Shown: positions 32,607 through 41,766 of the stretch, piece by piece
Layout: each line of letters starts with the position of its first letter
Numbering within the stretch: position 1 is the first letter of the stretch
NCBI GenBank assembly: GCA_963703345.1
Contig: OY969814.1
Location: 1,216,001-1,280,000 of the forward strand
DNA from: an uncultured Chloroflexia bacterium
GTDB lineage: Bacteria > Chloroflexota > Dehalococcoidia > DSTF01 > JALHUB01
Direction: 5' to 3'
DNA: 64,000 nt
Position numbers and translations under genes: made by a program
Notes under the pieces: model-generated
What the model was told of the DNA's origin: nothing
Database searches by the model: none
What the model saw: the letters and a program-made list of their open reading frames with translations, nothing else

Positions 32607-32930
32607 ATGGCTATCGCACTGGTTATCGAATTCCCCGGCGTGAGTCGGGAGCAGTATGACAGGACAATGAGAGACCTCCGCCTCGATGGGGCCGACCCGG
32701 AGTCGCCGCGGGGCATGCTTCTCCACATCGCCGGACCTGCCGAAGGCGGCTGGCAAGTCGTCAACGTGTGGGAGACGCGAGCCGACTTCGACCGGTTCCT
32801 CGACAGCGATCTGGGACGGGCACTGAAGAATGCCGGAATATCGACGCCCAGGGTGAGGGAGTTCTCCGTCTACAAGGCGCTCCGCTTGCCGAAGGCCGTC
32901 GGAGCGGGAACGGGCGGAATGCGCTCCTGA
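32607..32930 (+). CDS. Small hypothetical protein (ABM/dimeric alpha-beta barrel-like)
   Basis: HIAGPAEGGWQVVNVWETRADFDRF; AAGGA RBS. Confidence 0.7.
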   Translation: MAIALVIEFPGVSREQYDRTMRDLRLDGADPESPRGMLLHIAGPAEGGWQVVNVWETRADFDRFLDSDLGRALKNAGISTPRVREFSVYKALRLPKAVGAGTGGMRS

Positions 32931-33247
32931 CCGACTTCTCCAGTCTAACTCAGCGAAGGGCGAGTGCGGGCCGAACAGGATGCTTAACGCAAGCGGCCCG
33001 CACTTGTGGCTAGAAGTTGTCTATGCCCCTTTCACGCAGGAACCAAGCCGTCGGCAGCCGCAATGGGCCATTGACAGGCAGAGTCTCTGAGACGGCCGCA
33101 TTCCGCAATAACCGGCCATCGCGCGGAAGCCCAGCCCCCTAATCAGGTGTTGACAGCCCTGATAGAATGAAACCTCCGTCGGCGGCCAATCTCCTGGACG
33201 TAACCCATTAAGAGCGTCAGAATACCCGCAGGGGCTCAGAAACTCGC

Positions 33248-35293
33248 TTGGATGCCGACGAAGTGACACACTCTCCCGCTGCGAAAGGCGGGGCTCATGA
33301 GCGGCCCGTTGGATGGTGGCAGGCTCGTCCGAAACTGCCACGATGGGTCGGCGAGCTGATCCCAAGGCTGGTGCTTGTCACCGGCGTCGCGCTGGCTGCC
33401 CTGGGGCAGTTCGTCAGCGGCCGTTCATTGGAGGGGCGGTTCGCTTTTCTCCACGGCGCGGCCGGGGCCTTCCGCGGTATCTATCCAAACCCGCAGACAA
33501 TGGTCCTTGCCGTCGCTCTCCTCGCGACCGGCGGGGTATTGTTCGCTGTGGGCGCATGGCTGCTGCGTCGAGACGAGGGCGAGACCGTTTCCGCTGAATC
33601 GATTGGTTGGCCCCCACTGCCGGGTCTTGCCCTGGCAGCGATAGCGATTGGACCGTTCGCCTACCTGCTACTGAACCTCTCCCACCACAAGTATCGCGAG
33701 TGGTACCCTTACCTCCTTGTCGCGTCAGTCAGTGCATTTGCGGTCTTCTGGGCGCTGAAGAGGCCAATCAGGTTCAAGTTGAGCCGGCCGCCGCGAACCG
33801 TCTACGTCGAAGTCGGCGTCGTGGCGCTCATCACGGGCGTGTTTGTGGCTCTAAACGTCCGTGACCTCACCTCCTGGTTATACTCGGCCAACGGCGATGA
33901 GTATTCTTTCTTCGTCGCCGCGCATGAGATTGGACATGGCGTCACCCACAATCTCTTTTCCCAAACGGGTGTCTACAGCAACCACCCCTGGTTGACCTCG
34001 GCTTATCAGGCGATGGTGATGAAGGTGCTCGGGTTCGATCAGTTTGGCTGGAGGATGACTTCGGTCCTGTCTGCAGCGGCCGTCATTCCGCCTCTATACC
34101 TGCTCGTGCGTATGCTCTTCGGGGTCCGCGTTGGCCTGTTTTCGGCTACGATCTTCGCAGCTTCCCACTACATCCTCGACTTTGCCCACTACGGCTACGA
34201 CAACCTGTTTCCTCTCTTCCCGACCGTGCTCGCGCTCTGTCTGCTGGTATTCGGGTTGCGAAGGAGGAATGCGCTGGCGCTGTTCGGTGCGGGCTGCGCG
34301 GCCGGACTCGGCTTCTACACCTTCTACTCATCGCGCGCAGCCATCGTTATCATCGGACTCTATCTCATCACGCTCGGCCGGCGGGGGCTCCGCCCGCAAG
34401 TGGTCTTGCCCGTTGGCGTGGGCTTCCTGTTGCTGGTGGCGCCAATGCTCGTCGTCAATAGGCTGGACGTCTTCAGAGCCATGGGCGACCAGTCGCTCAT
34501 CGGGTACGATCAGTCGTTTGTGGGTGAGATTAGCCGGCATCTTCGGGAGAACGTGCCCATACAGATGCTTGCCTTTAACGTCAACCAGCGTCCCATCGGG
34601 TCGCTGCTCGATCCGGTTTCAGCGGTGCTTGCTGTCCTCGGTCTGATCTATGCCTCCATTCGAGTCAGGCACGGAGGTCAACGCTTGCTTGTGATATGGT
34701 TTGTGATAGGCATCACCGCGACCGGCCTCTTTTTCCCGAAACCGGGTGTCGCCGAGACGAGGCTCATGTATATGGTGCCGGTGATGGCCGTCCTCGCCGG
34801 CCTGGCGCTCGACCGCGCGCTGGCGGTCTTCCCTCCGCGCGATTGGCCACGGCCTGCTGCCGCGACAGTTCTTCAGGGTACGTTCGCGGTGGCGGTCCTG
34901 GCCGCAGTAGTTACCTTGAACTTGTATCGATTCTGGCATGAGATCCCGCTGAGGGCCAAAAGATCGCCGGAGGCTGTCGCCATGCGGGCGCTGTTCTCGC
35001 CGGAGTGCCAGTCGCCTGCGCTCATTGTGGGCCAGTTCCCGGATCCCCTCCTGAAGCCGGTTGTCTCTACGTATGCGCTGGGCGACAGGACGCCGCGCAT
35101 CGCCTCGTTCGAGCAGGTACTCGATGCGCCAAACTTTAGTGTTGGCGCATCGTGCGTTATCTTAATGCCCGAGGACGATAAGCAATCGGACCAGGTGCTG
35201 GCGCAGCTCAAGACGGGCCTAGGCACTTATAACGAAAGCCGGATGTGGGATATCGCGGGAATCACGTATGTCGATGTCCTGACCCGTCGCTGA
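33248..35293 (+). CDS. Glycosyltransferase family 39/ArnT-like membrane protein
   Basis: Multi-TM; NGDE luminal motif, HP, GWRMTS, GLGFYTFY. Confidence 0.75.
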   Translation: MDADEVTHSPAAKGGAHERPVGWWQARPKLPRWVGELIPRLVLVTGVALAALGQFVSGRSLEGRFAFLHGAAGAFRGIYPNPQTMVLAVALLATGGVLFAVGAWLLRRDEGETVSAESIGWPPLPGLALAAIAIGPFAYLLLNLSHHKYREWYPYLLVASVSAFAVFWALKRPIRFKLSRPPRTVYVEVGVVALITGVFVALNVRDLTSWLYSANGDEYSFFVAAHEIGHGVTHNLFSQTGVYSNHPWLTSAYQAMVMKVLGFDQFGWRMTSVLSAAAVIPPLYLLVRMLFGVRVGLFSATIFAASHYILDFAHYGYDNLFPLFPTVLALCLLVFGLRRRNALALFGAGCAAGLGFYTFYSSRAAIVIIGLYLITLGRRGLRPQVVLPVGVGFLLLVAPMLVVNRLDVFRAMGDQSLIGYDQSFVGEISRHLRENVPIQMLAFNVNQRPIGSLLDPVSAVLAVLGLIYASIRVRHGGQRLLVIWFVIGITATGLFFPKPGVAETRLMYMVPVMAVLAGLALDRALAVFPPRDWPRPAAATVLQGTFAVAVLAAVVTLNLYRFWHEIPLRAKRSPEAVAMRALFSPECQSPALIVGQFPDPLLKPVVSTYALGDRTPRIASFEQVLDAPNFSVGASCVILMPEDDKQSDQVLAQLKTGLGTYNESRMWDIAGITYVDVLTRR

Positions 35294-35499
35294 CCGGCGC
35301 CTCGGAGCGAAGAGGGAAGTGGCGACCTCAAAGGAGTCGAAGCGAGGCAGCCCGGTGGGCGATACAGACACCATCAGCGGTGAATCTCCTGAGGGCAGGT
35401 CAATGGCTTCTGCGGCGTCCTTTCGCCCGCATTGATCAACGCCTTGCGCGGGAGTAGATTGGCTTCATGGAAAGTCGCCCGAGAGCAAGGAGATACGTG

Positions 35500-36780
35500 A
35501 TGAAACGCTGGTCATTCGTCGCACCTATCCTTTCGCTAGTCGCGGCCGGCATCGTCTTGGCCGGCTGCTCGAACTCGAAGGAGGAAACATCGGGCGCGAC
35601 GCCCGGGGGTCCGGTGCCCGGCGTCACCGACACCGAGATCCTGCTCGGGACGCACATGCCGCTGAGCCAGACGCCGGCCGCGGCCTGGGGCGTTGTCGCT
35701 GACGGCATGAAGGCCTACTTCGGGTACGTCAACTCCCAGGGTGGCGTCTATGGGCGCAAGATCAAGCTGATAGTCGGCGATAACCAGTACGCCGCGCCGG
35801 TCGCGGTGGAGGTTGTGCGGAACCTGGTGGAGCAGGATGGAGTGTTCGCGATCGTGGGTGGCCTCGGCGACTCATGTCACCTCGCCGTCATGGATTACCT
35901 CGCGGAGAAAGGCGTTCCTGACCTGTTCATCGGCGGCGGCATGCCACAGTTCACCGATCCCATCGTGAAGACGCGCTTCAGCATGGTGACCGACTATGAT
36001 ACCGAAACGAAGATCAACACGCAGTACATGAAAGAGCATTTCGCCGGCAAGACGTTAGGCATTATCTATGAGAACAACGAGGGCGGTAACCTGGAGTTGC
36101 AGCGGACTGAGGAGGGGTTGGCCGGCTCAGACATCAAGATCGTCTCCGAGCAGGCGTACGATTTCACCAATTTCGACCTCACTGCCCAGGTGCAACGCCT
36201 GAAAGCCACCAACCCCGATTTCGTCTTCGTGATAGGCAACCCGGGCTCCCTGGCCAGCGCCTTGAAGGTGGCGCGCGAGATCCTCAACTGGGACGTACCT
36301 TTCATGACCAGCGCTGTCTCTGCCGTGGAGATGACGATTGCGCTCGCCGGAGCCAGCAACGCCGAAGGTCTGGTCAGCTTCACAACGGGCAGGATGATCT
36401 CTGAGACGGACGATCCGGGGGTGCAGCGCGACATCGCGCTGATGAAGCAGTTCGCGCCCAGCGTACCGCCGAGCAGCCTGACGGAGTACGGCATAAGCAC
36501 CGCTGAGTTGGTCGTGCAGGCACTGAAGAACGCCGGCCCGAACCTAACACGCCAGAGCGTGGTCGACGGGGCGGAGCAGATCCGCGGTTACTGCTGCATC
36601 GCTTGCATTGCACCGGTCAACCTCAGCCCGACCGATCACCGCCCCGACGAGGCAGAGTGGCCCGAGCAGGTGGTCGACGGGAAGTGGGAGCGCAGGTCAG
36701 ACACGCCGATCAGCTACGAGTCGACGCCCAGCGACGTCACCGCGTGCGAGAACGGGGAGCCGGTCCACAAGGGCCAGTAG
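35500..36780 (+). CDS. ABC substrate-binding lipoprotein (paralogue 7)
   Basis: Start MKRWS after AGGAG; lipobox LAGC; GVTDTEI and VNSQGGVYGRKI. Confidence 0.9.
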   Translation: MKRWSFVAPILSLVAAGIVLAGCSNSKEETSGATPGGPVPGVTDTEILLGTHMPLSQTPAAAWGVVADGMKAYFGYVNSQGGVYGRKIKLIVGDNQYAAPVAVEVVRNLVEQDGVFAIVGGLGDSCHLAVMDYLAEKGVPDLFIGGGMPQFTDPIVKTRFSMVTDYDTETKINTQYMKEHFAGKTLGIIYENNEGGNLELQRTEEGLAGSDIKIVSEQAYDFTNFDLTAQVQRLKATNPDFVFVIGNPGSLASALKVAREILNWDVPFMTSAVSAVEMTIALAGASNAEGLVSFTTGRMISETDDPGVQRDIALMKQFAPSVPPSSLTEYGISTAELVVQALKNAGPNLTRQSVVDGAEQIRGYCCIACIAPVNLSPTDHRPDEAEWPEQVVDGKWERRSDTPISYESTPSDVTACENGEPVHKGQ

Positions 36781-36832
36781 GTCAGGCTTCGGCGGCCGTG
36801 CCTGGGGTGACCTCAGCCGTGCAGGGTGGTCT

Positions 36833-36980
36833 TGGTGGGCGATGCAGGGCTCGAACCTGCGGCCTTCTGAGTGTAAAGCATCTGCGCCTGAGCGCTGTGC
36901 AACAGATTCAGCACCCCTGAGCGAAAACGCGGAAGTTATCATCTGGAAAATGGGCCATTAGGCGCGACTGCGACTAGTCC
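36833..36980 (-). repeat. tRNA-Val 3' half plus conserved arm, copy 1 (distal)
   Basis: TGGTGGGCGATGCAGGGCTCGAACCTGCG..GTGTAAA then GCATCTG...GGAAAATGGGCCATTAGGCGCGACTGCGACTAGTCC. Confidence 0.95.
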
Positions 36981-36990
36981 CACCTGTACG

Positions 36991-37377
36991 TCACTGCCGA
37001 GAAATAATGTCCTTGAATGTTACAGGGTCTGTCGCGTAGAGAACCGCTCGTTCCAAGGCTTCTTCGCGGAAACTATGAACCTTGAGATAGTCGGGGTTGT
37101 TGGCCATTTTGAGGAACGCCTTACGGGACGGATATTGGACGAGCATCACAATATCCCACGTCTCTATTCCATTGAGCAACTCTTTTGCCTTGCCGAAATA
37201 AAGCAGCTTGCCGCCGACGTTTTCGACGAAGGGCCCCGATTCCTTGATGTACCGAAAATAAGCCCCGCGGCCTCCTTCGTTCTTAAACTTCAGGAGGTTG
37301 AGCATGACAAATGGTCCTTCATTCGTATTAGCGGCTAATTCCTGGAATTGATCTTTGTTGGTTTTGATGCCAGTCAT
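36991..37377 (-). CDS. DUF1330 family protein
   Basis: MLNLLKF...WDIVMLVQYPSRKAF..M...Y..VH..REEALER; lower GC than the flanks. Confidence 0.8.
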   Translation of the reverse strand: MTGIKTNKDQFQELAANTNEGPFVMLNLLKFKNEGGRGAYFRYIKESGPFVENVGGKLLYFGKAKELLNGIETWDIVMLVQYPSRKAFLKMANNPDYLKVHSFREEALERAVLYATDPVTFKDIISRQ

Positions 37378-37420
37378 TCTATGCTTTCTCCTAAAAGAAT
37401 GGGATGTAAGAAAAGCCGTC

Positions 37421-37469
37421 TGGAGGGCCGTGAGGGGTTCGAACGCTCGACTCCCGGATTAGAAGTCCG
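37421..37469 (-). repeat. tRNA-Arg(TCT) 3' fragment (anticodon arm to CCA), att scar
   Basis: Reverse complement CGGA-CTTCTAA-TCCG...GTTCGAA...GGCCCTCCA; no 5' half. Confidence 0.7.
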
Positions 37470-37595
37470 CGAGTCGTTTGGGCCATACCGGGCACCTGCG
37501 GATCCTGTGGTCTTGCCCGCGTTGACATCTGACGACAGGATTACACTGGTTCTTCAGGGCTGCTGTCTGCGGCTGCTAGGGCGTCGCCGCGACGG

Positions 37596-38042
37596 CTAGT
37601 GCCTGCTTCGGGCAGAGGTCGCTGCAGATCCCGCAGCCGCGAGCGGGGCAGGCTGCGAAGTATCCTGGACTCCATCCATAATCGGATGCCAACCGTCTGA
37701 GCCTTCCCCTTGCGTAACTGCCTGGGCCGCATCATCCCCGGAGGCGGCGCTCTCCGAGGCCTGCTCAGAAAGACGGAGCAGGCCCTGAGCCAGCTCTTCC
37801 ATGCTGTAAGGGCCCTGTCGGCGGTGGCGCATCAGGGCCTCAACGTTCACCGAATAACGGTTGCGCCGGCCTATCTTTTCCCGCGATATCATGCCGTCCT
37901 CCTCCAGAGCCCTGAGGATGGAGAAGGCAGCTCTGTCTGTGATGCCGACGGCAAGAGAGATATCGCGCTGGGTCGAATGTGGGTGGTCGATGACGTCGAT
38001 CAGGACAAGGGCGTGATTGGTGAGGAAATCCCAATGAGCCAT
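37596..38042 (-). CDS. Winged-helix (MarR/AsnC-like) transcriptional regulator
   Basis: WDFLTNHALVL...TQRDISLAVGITDRA..ILRALEEDGMISREKIGRRNRY; GGAGG RBS. Confidence 0.85.
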   Translation of the reverse strand: MAHWDFLTNHALVLIDVIDHPHSTQRDISLAVGITDRAAFSILRALEEDGMISREKIGRRNRYSVNVEALMRHRRQGPYSMEELAQGLLRLSEQASESAASGDDAAQAVTQGEGSDGWHPIMDGVQDTSQPAPLAAAGSAATSARSRH

Positions 38043-38062
38043 GTTTTTTCCTCCAAAAGGGC

Positions 38063-38090
38063 TTGACAAGACCGAAAAGGGAAGTACAAT
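38063..38090 (+). promoter_or_regulatory. Sigma70-type promoter facing the repeat/USP region
   Basis: TTGACA-16 bp-TACAAT. Confidence 0.55.
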
Positions 38091-38286
38091 GCTGGTAAAA
38101 AGTAACGGGGTATGAGGTTCATGGTATGCCTGTCTGGAATGTGGTAGCCGGTAACACGTAACCTGGTATGAAGTTCCTGGCACGTCGGTCTGGCATGTGG
38201 TAACCGGTCTTCATTGTCACGAATCATTATTCATGATAGGCGCTCCAAAGTCAAGCGGTTGGAGCGACAAAAGAGCCAAGAATCCC

Positions 38287-38559
38287 GGCAAGGGCCGGAT
38301 AGCCAGAAAGCCGTGGACAGGAGAGATCTCTGAGGCCGTCCATTCAGGGAGGATTCGGAGCCCGTCGTCGCGGAGGGGGAGTAGGGGGTAGGCCACTAGT
38401 CAGGACTGGGCGACACGGGCGTCAGTGGTGACCGGGCCTGCGGAGAGAGGTGATGGGCGATCGGATACGGGGTCCGAGGGGTACCCCGCCGGGCGGCTGG
38501 CCAGGGTCGGCCTGTCCCGCCCCGTGGGCCCGGTCAATCCAACACCAAGCCTACGTTGG
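38287..38559 (+). repeat. ~270-bp non-coding element, copy A
   Basis: Highly similar to 39078-39333; contains the GACCGGGCC...GGCCCGGTC inverted repeat. Confidence 0.9.
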
Positions 38560-38578
38560 AGGTCGGAGGTAGGACGCC

Positions 38579-39028
38579 ATGTACAAGAAGATGCTGGTCC
38601 CGGTGGACGGTTCCCTTCGTTCGGAGGTCGTAGTACGCCATGCCGCCGAGACAGCGAAGGCATTTGGCTGCACCATCAGGCTGCTCACGGTCGTCGATCT
38701 CGACAAGCGCAACGGCAAGGTGACTCAGGGCGGGGACTCCGATGAGGTGGCGAGCCTTGCCTGGGTCGAGTCGCAGATAGAGAAAGCCGAGAACCACCTG
38801 CGACCGGTGGCGGAGCGCTTTGAGGACGAGGGCCTGAAGCCGGAGATGGAAGTGCGCTTTGGGAACCCGTCGAGCGAGATCCTGAAGGCGGCCGCCGAGT
38901 ACGGCACGGACATCATCGCCATGGCCACGCGCTCGCGACGAGGCGTCGCGCGGCTGATGTTCGGCAGCGTGGCGGACCAAGTGCTGAAAGAGTCGCACGT
39001 GCCGGTCCTGCTGATAACGGCGGCTTAG
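38579..39028 (+). CDS. Universal stress protein
   Basis: MYKKMLVPVDGS...GNPSSEIL...DIIAMAT..RR...FGSVADQVL...PVLLI. Confidence 0.93.
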   Translation: MYKKMLVPVDGSLRSEVVVRHAAETAKAFGCTIRLLTVVDLDKRNGKVTQGGDSDEVASLAWVESQIEKAENHLRPVAERFEDEGLKPEMEVRFGNPSSEILKAAAEYGTDIIAMATRSRRGVARLMFGSVADQVLKESHVPVLLITAA

Positions 39029-39077
39029 CCGTCGGGCCGGACGAGCGCCAGATAGCGACTAAAGAAACAAAAATCGT

Positions 39078-39333
39078 GGCAACGGCCGGATAGCCAGAAC
39101 GCCGTGGACAGGAGAGATCTCTGAGGCCGTCCAATCAGGGAGGATGGGAGCCCGTCGTCGCAGAGGGGGAAGAGGTCACTAGTCAGGACTGGGCGACACG
39201 GGCGTCAGTAGTGACCGGGCCTGCGGAGAGAGGTGATGGGCTATCGGATACGGGGTCTGAGCGCTGCCCCGTCGGGCGGGGTCAGCCTATCCCGCCCCGT
39301 GGGCCCGGTCCATCTCAGCACCAAGTCTACATG
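39078..39333 (+). repeat. ~260-bp non-coding element, copy B
   Basis: Direct repeat of 38287-38559 with small indels. Confidence 0.9.
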
Positions 39334-39385
39334 GTGGGCGATCAAAGTTGGAAGTTAGAGTCTGGAGAGTGAATCTGGGCGGTTC

Positions 39386-39534
39386 TGGTGGGCGATGCAG
39401 GGCTCGAACCTGCGACCTTCTGGGTGTAAAGCATCTGAGCCTGAGCGCTGTGCAACAGATTCAGCACCCCTGAGCGAAAACGCGGAAGTTATCATCTGGA
39501 AAATGGGCCATTAGGCGCGACTGCGACTAGTCCC
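39386..39534 (-). repeat. tRNA-Val 3' half plus arm, copy 2
   Basis: Near-identical to copy 1. Confidence 0.95.
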
Positions 39535-39797
39535 GGTGGAAGCTCTGCGCAGTGGCTTCGTAAGTACGAAGCTGGTCTTCAAACGTGGACACAGAGCCTT
39601 GCCATCGGAGCAAGCACAGTTCGGTCACGACAAATGGTGCCTATGGGAGTCACACGCTGGAGTCGTTTCCGGGGGCAGGTCAATGGAAACTGGCGAAGCT
39701 TCGGACCCTATGGGACTGCCGCATTCTGGCGGCGCGGTGTATAATCTGGCGCGACATGGAAACGAACGTGCTCTATGGCGACAAAGGAGGCGAGCTA

Positions 39798-39968
39798 GTG
39801 TTTGAGTACAGAATCGTCAAGTCCAACACGCATGCCGGTCTTGAGGAGCAAATCAACAAAGCAGCCGCTGAGGGCTGGGAGCCGATAATGGTCTACGCTT
39901 GGAATACGGGATGGGTGACCGCAGCTCATGCTGTCCTGCTGCGGCGTCCTGCGCCCGGGGCCGTGTAA
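39798..39968 (+). CDS. Small DUF4177-like protein
   Basis: GTG start after AAGGAGG; FEYRIV...LEEQINKAAAEGWE; TG-preceded TATAAT at 39740-39745. Confidence 0.7.
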   Translation: MFEYRIVKSNTHAGLEEQINKAAAEGWEPIMVYAWNTGWVTAAHAVLLRRPAPGAV

Positions 39969-40011
39969 GCCCCTAGCGGCTGGTACGTGAAGATCGGATA
40001 GAAAGGTGGCC

Positions 40012-40040
40012 GAGGGGCCGCCCTCAGGGGCGGCCTTCTC
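40012..40040. terminator. GC-rich hairpin after the DUF4177-like gene
   Basis: GAGGGGCCGCCC-TCAG-GGGCGGCCTTCTC. Confidence 0.5.
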
Positions 40041-40179
40041 ATTACCAGTCGGGCATGCTAGCTGTACCTCGGCTGTCGCCCGTCGTTGCGTGTGGAGGGG
40101 CTTGTCTCTCGACGACGGGGCGGCGCGGCCTCTCCCTTTTCGAGGCAGGACGCCCCGACTCGCAATTCGTTTGGAGTTC

Positions 40180-40326
40180 TGGTGGGCGATGCAGGGCTCG
40201 AACCTGCGGCCTTCTGGGTGTAAAGCATCTGAGCCTGAGCGCTGTGCAACAGATTCAGCACCCCTGAGCGAAAACGCGGAAGTCATCATCTGGAAAATGG
40301 GTCATTAGCTGCGACTGCGACTAGTC
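40180..40326 (-). repeat. tRNA-Val 3' half plus arm, copy 3
   Basis: Near-identical to copies 1 and 2. Confidence 0.95.
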
Positions 40327-40505
40327 TTGGTGGAAGCTGGGCGTAATGGCTTCATAAGTGGTCGGGCGAGAAGCAATGCAGTCGACGAACGGATACCGCC
40401 AGCCTGGCCGATAGATAGGGCAGGTAACAAGGGTGGTAGGACCGGAGAGTGGTCACCGGCCGATATCTTCCTGTCCTTGCTCGGCAGCGCGCAGGTCGCG
40501 GATGT

Positions 40506-41186
40506 CTAAGCCGCAGTCTCGTCGTCTCGCTTGTGGCGATGCAACAAGTTGCGGAACCGGTCATGCACGCCAGCTCGAGTCTGGCCGAGTTTCTCTTCGC
40601 CGTTGGGCCCCACCGGTAGCGACCAGTCGTCCCCAGCTTTTGGCCATTGGTCGGGGTCGGGCGGGCCTTGAATTTCGACTCCGTCAGACGCGCTCGGCTC
40701 TGCGGGCTGAGACTCGAGATAGACCTCTTCTTCCAAGGGCAACGGTATGGAATCATCGCGAAAGACGTCCACAGTTTGAGACTTAAGATATTCGTCTTCA
40801 TCTGGAGGCGGTGGAGCCTCATGGACAACGCTGTCTACGGGTTGAGACTCGAGATGGAGCTCCTCATCTGAGGACGACGGTGCGACCTCGTCGCCGAGGT
40901 CATCCACGATTTGAGACTGAAGATCAATCTCGTCATCTGAAGACGGTGGAGCCTCGTCGACGACGCTGTCCACCGGTTGAGATTCGAGATAAATCTCGCC
41001 ACCTGAGGGCGACGGTGTAACTTCATCGCCAAGGTCCTCCACGGTTTGAGACTGAAGATCTTCCTCTTCACCCGAGAACTGAGGCATGCCTTCGTAGCGT
41101 GCGTTGTCGTTGCCGACCTCAGCTAAGCGCTTCAGAGCCCACGCACCGAGAGCCGCGACTATTGCTAACGTCAGGAATCTGCGCAT
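40506..41186 (-). CDS. Membrane-anchored acidic repeat protein
   Basis: Start MRRFLTLAIVAALGAW after GGAGGTG; about six 20-aa units (LxSQxV) alternating two variants. Confidence 0.7.
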   Translation of the reverse strand: MRRFLTLAIVAALGAWALKRLAEVGNDNARYEGMPQFSGEEEDLQSQTVEDLGDEVTPSPSGGEIYLESQPVDSVVDEAPPSSDDEIDLQSQIVDDLGDEVAPSSSDEELHLESQPVDSVVHEAPPPPDEDEYLKSQTVDVFRDDSIPLPLEEEVYLESQPAEPSASDGVEIQGPPDPDQWPKAGDDWSLPVGPNGEEKLGQTRAGVHDRFRNLLHRHKRDDETAA

Positions 41187-41364
41187 TTCTTCACCTCCAT
41201 GTGTCAATGAATTATCGGCACACTGCACGATCGGAGGACTGCATTAAGGCTGCTGGTTGGCACCATCTTCACTTAGTGTGGGTTCTGCAGACGGCTGGGG
41301 TCCGCAAAAGGGAGTTTTGGGAGAATTGGAAGTTAGAAGCTGGAAAGTGAATCTGGAAGGTTTC

Positions 41365-41512
41365 TGGTGGGCGATGCAGGGCTCGAACCTGCGACCTTCT
41401 GGGTGTAAAGCATCTGAGCCTGAGCGCTGTGCATCAGATTCAGGACCCCCGAGCGAAAACGCGGGAGTCATCATCTGGAGAATGGGCCATTAGCCGCGGC
41501 TGCGAGTAGTCC
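41365..41512 (-). repeat. tRNA-Val 3' half plus arm, copy 4
   Basis: Same element with several substitutions. Confidence 0.95.
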
Positions 41513-41766
41513 TGAGCGCCAAAGCGATCGTTCCTCGCTCTGGGCCGGGGTTCGGATGACTCGCTGAGCTAGCGCTTAACTACTTTCAGGCATTTCACCC
41601 ACATCGTCGCTCCTTTCATCGTTGGCAGGCGCAGCGAGCATGGTTTCTTCACCTCGATTGGCTGGCCTTTCACGCGGCAACCATATCGCCGTGATAGCCT
41701 CAGCTTAACGAGCAGTCGCCGACGACACCTGGCTCATTCAGCAGATGCGAAGAGGAGGGATATCCA

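Noticed and set aside
35320-35341. TGGCGACCTCAAAGGAGTCGAA resembling a tRNA 3' end
   Set aside because: Too short and mismatched to assign to a tRNA; may be chance.
36608-41493. Recurrent ORFs ending MQGSNLRPSGCKASEPERCATDSAPLSENAEVIIWKMGH
   Set aside because: These are translations of the repeat (antisense to the tRNA half); similarity follows from DNA identity, there is no RBS, and copy 5 breaks the ending.
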